Shown in pieces: positions 57,212-64,000 of a stretch of DNA of 64,000 nt. The notes under the pieces were generated by a model that did not search any database, had not been told where the DNA came from, and saw only the letters and a list, made by a program, of their open reading frames with translations. The stretch comes from Phycisphaerae bacterium (GTDB taxonomy: Bacteria > Planctomycetota > Phycisphaerae > UBA1845 > Fen-1342), in NCBI GenBank assembly GCA_050115495.1, contig JASFQK010000028.1, positions 1 to 64,000 on the forward strand. Reading direction: 5' to 3'. The position numbers were made by a program, and so were the translations under genes. Each line of letters starts with the position of its first letter. The stretch's first letter is position 1.

Positions 57212-58006
57212 CTAGAGGGCCTTGGCTTCCTCACGCAGCAACCGCACCAGCTCCTTGACGGCCTGCTCGGGCTCGCCGTCGAGCAGCTTCCCCGGCGGTC
57301 GCGCCGGCGGCGGCTCGAAGCCGCGCAGCTTCATGCCGCCGACACCGCCCGTCGCTTCGGCGAAACCAGCCACATCCTTGGCCGCCAGCACCTGCACGGG
57401 TTTCTTCTTGGCCTTCATCAGGTTGGGCAGCGAGGGGTAGCGCATCTCGCACAGCCCCTTCTCCGCGGTGAGCAGCGCCGGCAGCAGAACGTTAACCACT
57501 TCTTCGGCACCCTCGATCCGCCGATTCGCGACGAACGACTTGCCGTCCGCGGCGACTTCGAGCTTCACGGCCGCCCCGACGTGCGGAATGTCGAGCAGCT
57601 CGGCGAGCGCCGGTCCGACCTGACCGGCATCGAGGTCGATCTCCTGCTTGCCGGTGATAATCAGGTCATAGCCGCCATCCTTGACAACGGTGGCGATCAG
57701 GGCCGCCGTTTGCAGGTCGTCCAGCGCCGCGAAGGCGTCATCCTGCAAGTGGATACCCTGATCCGCCCCGACGGCCAGCGCCGTCCGCAGGGCCTCGGCC
57801 GCCGTGGCCGGCCCGACGATCAGGGCCGTGACGCCTTCGACGTCCGACCGCTTCTCCTTGAGCAGAACGGCCTGCTCGATGGCGAATTCGTCGAACGGGT
57901 TGACGACCATCTTCACGCCGGCCCGCTCGATATCGCCGCCGTCCGCCCGGATTTTGACGGTCGTGGTCGAATCGGGAACCTGCTTGAGCACTACGAGAAC
58001 CTTCAT
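57212..58006 (-). CDS. etfB: Electron transfer flavoprotein beta subunit
   Basis: VLKQVPD, NPFDEFAIE, GKQEID.DAGQVG, RYPSL. Confidence 0.95.
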   Translation of the reverse strand: MKVLVVLKQVPDSTTTVKIRADGGDIERAGVKMVVNPFDEFAIEQAVLLKEKRSDVEGVTALIVGPATAAEALRTALAVGADQGIHLQDDAFAALDDLQTAALIATVVKDGGYDLIITGKQEIDLDAGQVGPALAELLDIPHVGAAVKLEVAADGKSFVANRRIEGAEEVVNVLLPALLTAEKGLCEMRYPSLPNLMKAKKKPVQVLAAKDVAGFAEATGGVGGMKLRGFEPPPARPPGKLLDGEPEQAVKELVRLLREEAKAL

Positions 58007-58231
58007 CGTTGCCTCCGTCAGCCTGGTTGGGAAGGGCCGGAGATCTGCACGCCGGCCACGGCAATCTTAGCGTTGCCGCCCCTCCGCGCAAAGAACCCCG
58101 ATTGACGACCCGCCCCGTTTTGCGGCAAACTGCGCCCCGCTCGCGGCGACGGTGTGGCGCTGTGAGCCGTCGGGCCTCGCCAGTGTCTCCCGGCCAAACA
58201 GATTCCGGCTGCCAGCAGCCAACGGAGCATC

Positions 58232-59128
58232 ATGCGGATTCGCGAACTGCTATCGTGCGGACGACTGAGTATTTCCTTCGAGTTCTTCCCCCCGAAGAGC
58301 GCCACCGGCTTCGCCCAGCTTCGCCAGGCCCTGGCCTCTCTGCACGAGCTGCGGCCCACGTACGTCTCGGTCACCTACGGCACCGGCGGCAGCACCCGCC
58401 GCCAGACGATCGACCTGGTCACGCACCTGCGCGAGGAATACGGCCTCGAGGCCATGGCCCACCTCACCTGCGCCGGGGCCTCACGGCAGAGCCTGCTGGC
58501 CATCCTCCAGCGCCTCTCCGACGGCGGTGTGGACAACCTGCTCGCCCTGCGCGGCGACCCGCCCGTGGGCAGCGGCCCCTTCACCCCGCACCCCCGCGGT
58601 TTCTCCCACGCCAGCGAACTCGTCGCCCTGGCCCGCGACCGTTTCGAGTTCTGCATCGGCGGGGCCTGCTACCCCGAAGGGCACGTCGAGGCCGCCAGCC
58701 CCGAGACCGACATCGACAACCTGCGGCGCAAGGTCGACGCCGGCTGCGAGTTTCTCATCACGCAGCTTTTCTTCGACAACCACAAGTATTTCGATTTTGT
58801 CGGGAAGGTGCGGGCGGCGGGCATCGGCGTGCCCGTCATCCCCGGCATCATGCCCATCACCAACGTCGACCAGATCGAGCGCTTCACCCGCTACTGCGGC
58901 GCCACCATTCCCGAGCCGCTCTATAGCGAATTGCGCAAGTTGCAGGATGACCGCCACGCCGTCCTCTCGCTCGGCGTCGCCCACGCCACGGCGCAGTGCG
59001 TCGAGCTGTTGCAGCGCGGCGCCCCCGGCCTGCACTTCTACACGTTGAACAAGTCCCCCGCCACGCGGACGATTCTCACCGCCATCCGCACGGTGTATCC
59101 GCCGGCGGCTCGTCCCGCCGGCTGGTGA
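58232..59128 (+). CDS. metF: 5,10-methylenetetrahydrofolate reductase
   Basis: SFEFFPPK, SVTYG.GG, HLTC, LALRGDPP, YPEGH, ITQLFFD, HFYTLN. Confidence 0.95.
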   Translation: MRIRELLSCGRLSISFEFFPPKSATGFAQLRQALASLHELRPTYVSVTYGTGGSTRRQTIDLVTHLREEYGLEAMAHLTCAGASRQSLLAILQRLSDGGVDNLLALRGDPPVGSGPFTPHPRGFSHASELVALARDRFEFCIGGACYPEGHVEAASPETDIDNLRRKVDAGCEFLITQLFFDNHKYFDFVGKVRAAGIGVPVIPGIMPITNVDQIERFTRYCGATIPEPLYSELRKLQDDRHAVLSLGVAHATAQCVELLQRGAPGLHFYTLNKSPATRTILTAIRTVYPPAARPAGW

Positions 59129-60134
59129 CCGCCGCATTCCGCAGCAATGCCACTTTCCGCCACGTCGAGCACAACGTCGCCAGACTCAGCGCCCCGACTA
59201 GCAGCGCGACTGCCGTCGGCACCGTCCGGCCACCCAGCGCAGTAGACGCCGGCGAGAGCTGGGCCACCGTCGCCGACGCCGGCGCCCATCGCCCGGCGAC
59301 GTTCATTCCGTCGACGAGCTGCAGCAGGTCCGCCTCAGGCAGCTTGCCGCACACGGCGAAGCCGCACGCCTGGCCTTCCCACTTCACGACGGTTACGTCG
59401 TGCGGCGCGTGGGCCACGTTGTACTGCCGCTCGCGGTGCTGCTGGCAGCCGCCCGCCGCGCCGCACTGCGTACAGCCCGGCATGCGGCAGCGAGGTCGCA
59501 TAGTGAAGACGGAGACGACCTGCTCCGGCTCGTCGGGCGTCTGCCCGGCGCGCTTGTAGTACGCGTGCAGCGTGCCGAACTCGTGCCGCTCGGGACAGTC
59601 ACACACACCGGCGAATTGGTACCCCGCCGCGGACAGGTCCGGCAAATGCACGCCCAGGTCGCACGAGCCACGCTGCTTCAGCGCGGCGACGACGTCGGTC
59701 CGTGTTCGGCCGGCCAGGTGATACGGATCGTGGTGGTGCTGAATGGCGCAATGCTCGTGAATCGCGGCCACGAGCTCCGGCTCCACAACCGGAGCGGCCA
59801 CCGCGCTGCGGCCGGTCAGCGGGCCCCACGACACCATGAGCACCGCCGCGGCGGCCACCGCCGTGGTGAGGCCGATGATGCGTCGCCTCCACCGCCGCGA
59901 CGCGGCCGGCCGCTGCGTGGACAGTGCGCCGAGAATGCGGTCGCGCAGGCCGTCGGGCACCACCTCCGCTTCGAGAACCCGCCGCGTGGTCCGGCGCAGC
60001 GCCTGCCAGCGTTGCACGATCGCCCGGCTGTCGGGGTCGCCGGCGAGATGACCGGCGATTTCCGCCCGCAGCTCGACCGCGAGCTCCCCGTCGGCGTAGG
60101 CCGCCAGACTCCGCTGCAACTCTGCGGGCGTCAT
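59076..60134 (-). CDS. Membrane anti-sigma factor with Cys/His-rich sensor domain
   Basis: LAAYADGEL...HLA anti-sigma N-terminus, TM helix; ATGA-coupled to the ECF sigma gene. Confidence 0.8.
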   Translation of the reverse strand: MTPAELQRSLAAYADGELAVELRAEIAGHLAGDPDSRAIVQRWQALRRTTRRVLEAEVVPDGLRDRILGALSTQRPAASRRWRRRIIGLTTAVAAAAVLMVSWGPLTGRSAVAAPVVEPELVAAIHEHCAIQHHHDPYHLAGRTRTDVVAALKQRGSCDLGVHLPDLSAAGYQFAGVCDCPERHEFGTLHAYYKRAGQTPDEPEQVVSVFTMRPRCRMPGCTQCGAAGGCQQHRERQYNVAHAPHDVTVVKWEGQACGFAVCGKLPEADLLQLVDGMNVAGRWAPASATVAQLSPASTALGGRTVPTAVALLVGALSLATLCSTWRKVALLRNAAVTSRRDEPPADTPCGWR

Positions 60135-60688
60135 GACGTCTGCTCGCCCCCCGTCAGTCGCTGCTCGCGAGCGAAGTCGCCCAGCGAGCGCGTAAGCTGC
60201 TGTCGCGCCCGGTGCAGGCGACTCATCACCGTGCCAATCGGCACGTTCAGAATCCCGGCGATGTCCTGGTAACTCACTTCCATGGTGGCCCAAAGCAATA
60301 GCACTTCGCGAAACTCAGCCGGCAACTGGTCGATGGCTCGTTTCACTTCCTCATCCAGGCGCTCGTAGTCGAGGTCGGGTGGCGCGGACGAAGACCCGTC
60401 AGCATGCACCTGCTCAAGCGTCTGCTGGTCGACCGCCCGGGGGGCCCGCCTCATTCTTGCCTGGCGGTTGAGGAATGTGTTGTGCAGGATCTTCAGTAGC
60501 CACGGCTTTATGCCGAACTCGCGTATCTCGAACCGCTCGAAGGCGGCGTGCGCCTTCAGGTACGTCTCCTGGACCAAGTCCTCCGCCTCGTGCACGTCAC
60601 GGCAGAGCCGCCGCGCCACGCGGAAAACCGTATCCAGGTGAGGTACAGCCAGCGCTTCGAACGAATGCTCGTGCTCGCCTGGCATCAT
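60131..60688 (-). CDS. ECF sigma-70 factor
   Basis: EAEDLVQETYLKA, WLLKILHN, SYQDIAGILNVPIGTVMSRLHRAR. Confidence 0.95.
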   Translation of the reverse strand: MMPGEHEHSFEALAVPHLDTVFRVARRLCRDVHEAEDLVQETYLKAHAAFERFEIREFGIKPWLLKILHNTFLNRQARMRRAPRAVDQQTLEQVHADGSSSAPPDLDYERLDEEVKRAIDQLPAEFREVLLLWATMEVSYQDIAGILNVPIGTVMSRLHRARQQLTRSLGDFAREQRLTGGEQTS

Positions 60689-60863
60689 CTGACCGTCGGT
60701 TCAGGCCGACGTTCCATGGTTTCTAACCCTGCAGCCCGGGATGTAATTCCCGACGATGCCGCCGATTATGCGGGAACGGCTGGCCCCCCGCCACCCCGAC
60801 GTGCTACAATCCGGCTAATAGGGGCGCCAATCGCGTCAATCGGCGATACCGGGAAGGACCACC

Positions 60864-61793
60864 ATGATCGTACCACGTCTCGCCGTCGGTCTGGGCTTGG
60901 TGTGCTTCTGCGTGGCCGCGCCGCCGGCGGAACCTGCCGACGACGACGGGCCGCAGACCGTGCAGTTCAACGCCGCGGACGGCTTCTGGATCTACGCCGA
61001 CTACCAGGCACCGACGTCGAGCTACGTGGAGGCGCCGATCGTGATCCTGCTGCACGCAGAGCAGGCCGACCGGCGTGCATGGGCTCCGCTGATACCGGCG
61101 TTGCGTGAGGCCGGCTTCGCCGTGCTGGCCATGGACCTGCGCGGCCATGGCGAAAGCAGCGACAGCGGCACGCGTCGTCAGGCCACCGAGCTCGACGCCC
61201 GGCTGTTCCGAGACATGCAGGCCGATCTGCGCGGGGCATACGACTGGCTGGCGGCACAGAAGGGGCTCGATCGGGCGCGGTTCACCTTGGTAGCCGCCGG
61301 TCGAACCGTGGGCGTCGCCACGAGCTACGCGGCTGCCGATTGCAGCGTTGATGCCGTGGTCTGCCTGTCGCCACAGCTCGGGCAGGAAGGACTCGACCCG
61401 GTGGCAGATCTCAGCCAGATTCACGGCCGGCAATTGCTGTTCCTCGGGGCCCGCGACGAACGGCAGGTTTGTGAGACGCTGGCCAAGCGGACGAAGGGCG
61501 CCCGCACCTGGTTCTGCGACAGCGACAAGCACGGCACCGACCTGCTCGGCAACGCCCCCGACATCGAGAAGCAAATCGTGCGTTTCCTCGGCGACGCCGT
61601 CGGCCGGCCGTCCTCACTGACCGTGTACGGCAGCATCCGCAGCAACATCTACCACCAGCCCGGCTCCGGCTGGATCGCCGAGATTAGCCCAACGAACCTG
61701 CGCCACTACTCCTCGCCGCGCGAAGCCGAATCGCGTGGCCTCCGCGCCGCCCGCAGCGACGGCCCCCGCCGCCGCCGTTCGCCCTCGCCATAG
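60864..61793 (+). CDS. Exported alpha/beta-hydrolase-fold protein with Ada-like C-terminal domain
   Basis: ILLH, AMDLRGHGES, HGTDL; C-terminal SNIYHQPG...EAESRGLRA. Confidence 0.75.
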   Translation: MIVPRLAVGLGLVCFCVAAPPAEPADDDGPQTVQFNAADGFWIYADYQAPTSSYVEAPIVILLHAEQADRRAWAPLIPALREAGFAVLAMDLRGHGESSDSGTRRQATELDARLFRDMQADLRGAYDWLAAQKGLDRARFTLVAAGRTVGVATSYAAADCSVDAVVCLSPQLGQEGLDPVADLSQIHGRQLLFLGARDERQVCETLAKRTKGARTWFCDSDKHGTDLLGNAPDIEKQIVRFLGDAVGRPSSLTVYGSIRSNIYHQPGSGWIAEISPTNLRHYSSPREAESRGLRAARSDGPRRRRSPSP

Positions 61794-61953
61794 CCCGTCC
61801 GCGCGGAATCCGCCGGCGTGCAGGAACTTGTAACCGCCGCCGCTTTGCCTTGGCGCCGGCGCTTGACCCGGGCATAGTGCCCGCAACGATCGGGTCGGCG
61901 TGCCGTCCGCGCTCGAAGCGGACATCCGGCCTCGGACAAGCGGAGCGTGTGCG

Positions 61954-63408
61954 ATGCATGTACAGATCAGGTGGGCGGCCGTGGCCATGTTTCTGATTCC
62001 AACCGGGGCCCGGGCCGATAACCCGTGGACCGACGAAGTCGCCCCCGCCATTGCCAAGGCCACCGACGCCGGCACGGTCGAAGCCTACGCCGAGGCGCTC
62101 GACGTCACCTGGCGTGCCGACGACTGGCTCGCCGCACTCCCCCTCGCCCGCGAGGCGATCGCCAAGCATCCGGAGGCGGCTGAGCTCCAGGCCCGCGCCG
62201 CCCGCACCTTCTGGCGAGCCGGGAACATCGCCGAAGCGGAGGCCACTCTGAAGCGCGTTCCCGGCCGAACGACCGACCGCGTCGCCCTCGGCATGATGAT
62301 CGTCGTCAACCTGGCCCACGGCGACCGATCGGCCGCCCTCCGAGCCGCTAGCCACCTGGAGTCGCTCGACGACCTTACCGCCGAAGACGTCTTCGCCATC
62401 GTCACCGCCCGCTCGACGACCGGCCACCTCGACGGCATGACCGACCTGCTGCGGCGAGTCCAGGAGCTCACCGACCCGGCCCACGGCTACCCGGAACTCC
62501 ACTTCGCCGAGCAACTGGAGGGCATGCCCGAGTTCTTCGCGGCCATCGGCACCGAACCGGTCAACCGCGTCTCCAAGTGCGGCTCCGCCCGCATGCCCGT
62601 CCTGCCGCTGTTCAACCTGCCCAGTTGCCAGGCTACCATCAACGGACACGGCCCCTACCGCCTGATCGTCGACACCGGCGGCAGCATCACCCTGTCGCTC
62701 GATTCCGCGGTCGCCGAGGAGATCGGCCTCGAATCGATCACGCAATCCAGCGTCCACGGCGTCGCCGGCAAGACCGAAGCCGGTCAAGCACTGGTGGACG
62801 AGCTTTGCATCGGCGATATCACCTGCCGCCGCGTCCTCACCCGCACGTTCGGCGTGCGGCAAGCCGTGGCCAACAGCGCCGACGGCATCCTCGGCACAGG
62901 CATCTTCAGCGACAACCGCATGGTGCTCGACTTCTTCGACGGCCGCCTGGTGGTGCAGCCCTCGACGGCCCGCCCCGCCGCCGGCCAGGAGCTCGACGCC
63001 CGCATCATCGGCGACGGCAAGCTGATCGCCTTGGCCACGCTGCACGACGAGCCGGTCGCGGCGTTGCTGGACAGCGGCGCGGACCTGCTCGCCGCCGCCC
63101 CTTCACGCCTGCAACGGCTCTACCCCGGACGCGAGTTCCGCACCGCGTCGGCGGCGCTCCCCATGGGCGTCGGCAGCGAGCAGAACCCCGAGATCAGCCT
63201 GACCCCCGGCCTGGACTTCGCCATCGGCGGGCGTTTGTACGAAAACTACGGCGGGCTCGGGCTGGACGTGCTCGACCGGCTGCTCGGCCCGCTGCTGGGC
63301 ATGCAGACGGACGTCCTCGTGGGCATGCCGGTCATGCGTGAGATGAAGACGCTGAGCGTCGACTTCGCCCGCTGCCGCATGTGGGTGGACTGGCTCGATG
63401 AGCAGTAG
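61954..63408 (+). CDS. Exported two-domain retropepsin-like aspartyl protease with helical/TPR N-terminus
   Basis: LIVDTGG...DGILG and LLDSGA...VLVG. Confidence 0.85.
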   Translation: MHVQIRWAAVAMFLIPTGARADNPWTDEVAPAIAKATDAGTVEAYAEALDVTWRADDWLAALPLAREAIAKHPEAAELQARAARTFWRAGNIAEAEATLKRVPGRTTDRVALGMMIVVNLAHGDRSAALRAASHLESLDDLTAEDVFAIVTARSTTGHLDGMTDLLRRVQELTDPAHGYPELHFAEQLEGMPEFFAAIGTEPVNRVSKCGSARMPVLPLFNLPSCQATINGHGPYRLIVDTGGSITLSLDSAVAEEIGLESITQSSVHGVAGKTEAGQALVDELCIGDITCRRVLTRTFGVRQAVANSADGILGTGIFSDNRMVLDFFDGRLVVQPSTARPAAGQELDARIIGDGKLIALATLHDEPVAALLDSGADLLAAAPSRLQRLYPGREFRTASAALPMGVGSEQNPEISLTPGLDFAIGGRLYENYGGLGLDVLDRLLGPLLGMQTDVLVGMPVMREMKTLSVDFARCRMWVDWLDEQ

Positions 63409-63427
63409 CAGACGACGAGCGCGCGTG

Positions 63428-63820
63428 CTATCCGCCGCCGCCCGCCGGCTCCGTGGCTTTGCCGTCGAGATACGCCGGCCGGAGCAGCACCTGAACATCG
63501 ACCGACTTGACACTGGGGGCGGCGCGGACAATCTCGGCCAGTCGCTCGGCGGTGACGCCCTCCGGCACGAGCCCGTACACGAGTACGGCCCCGTCGTCGT
63601 AATGCACATGCAAATAACTAGTCGCCCCCAACCCGAACGTGGTCACCAGCCGGGCGCGGATCAACCCCGCCGCCCCCTGGTCCACGACCGTGTCGCCGAC
63701 GTGTGCCGCCGCCGCCTTCGCCCGGTCGGCGTTGGATTGCTCCGCCGGCTCCTGGACGAAGAAGTACCCGAAAAGCCCGAGCAGTCCCAGCGCCAGCAAC
63801 GCAAGGGCCGTACGAATCAT
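63428..63820 (-). CDS. BON-like domain membrane protein
   Basis: N-terminal TM helix; IRARL...LHVHYDDGAVLVYG...APSVKSV. Confidence 0.6.
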   Translation of the reverse strand: MIRTALALLALGLLGLFGYFFVQEPAEQSNADRAKAAAAHVGDTVVDQGAAGLIRARLVTTFGLGATSYLHVHYDDGAVLVYGLVPEGVTAERLAEIVRAAPSVKSVDVQVLLRPAYLDGKATEPAGGGG

Positions 63821-63952
63821 GACTACCGTCCTCCGCGTCCTCGCCCCGGCACACATGCTGATTGTACCGCCGACGGCGGGGGATTCCTCTGTATGGCAAC
63901 GCTCTAAGCGGCCGATAATATATGGTTAGGAGCCGGACCGGGAGAACCGCCC

Positions 63953-64000
63953 ATGCCGCCCAGCCTGAAGTGGACCGACACCGAAGACATCGCCTTGCTC
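63953..64000 (+). CDS. iscX: Fe-S cluster assembly protein IscX (partial, 5' end)
   Basis: MPPSLKWTDTEDIALL matches the IscX N-terminal LKW.D..I pattern; only 16 codons are visible. Confidence 0.7.
   Translation, partial: MPPSLKWTDTEDIALL

Overview
GC-rich bacterial chromosome segment. The gene content (ECF sigma/Ser-Thr kinase pair, PEP-CTERM, prepilin/H-X9-DG-type protein, CxxCGYDLRG zinc ribbons, dockerin-tailed beta-helix protein) points to a Planctomycetota, probably Phycisphaerae, host; this is an inference. About 1-14.4 kb is accessory DNA: the end of a probable IS4-like element, a PEP-CTERM gene, an ECF-STK pair, a decayed IS5 element, an Rhs-core scrap and a phage-satellite-like integrative element (two Xis/AlpA-like HTHs, Prim-Pol/DUF3987, XRE HTH, tyrosine integrase) abutting tRNA-Glu(TTC). 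About 14.8-45.4 kb holds proteases, two chemoreceptors, a surface beta-helix protein and housekeeping genes (trpE, K+ channel, TrmJ-family methylase, rsmG, radical SAM, xylB). About 45.5-52.6 kb is a second accessory block ending at tRNA-Glu(CTC). It has two candidate structured ncRNAs with their own sigma70-like promoters, a small HNH plus acidic-protein operon behind a structured leader, and an AT-richer GAF-GAF kinase / receiver / class III cyclase operon whose cyclase lacks the canonical purine-specifying residues. The rest is housekeeping (Dus, S66 peptidase, etfAB, metF, ECF/anti-sigma, start of iscX). The best candidates for something new are the cyclase circuit (48.1-51.7 kb), the HNH/ncRNA locus (45.5-47.6 kb) and the DUF6345-like His/Cys pair (16.2-17.8 kb). 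All family assignments are by eye from motifs; no searches were run.
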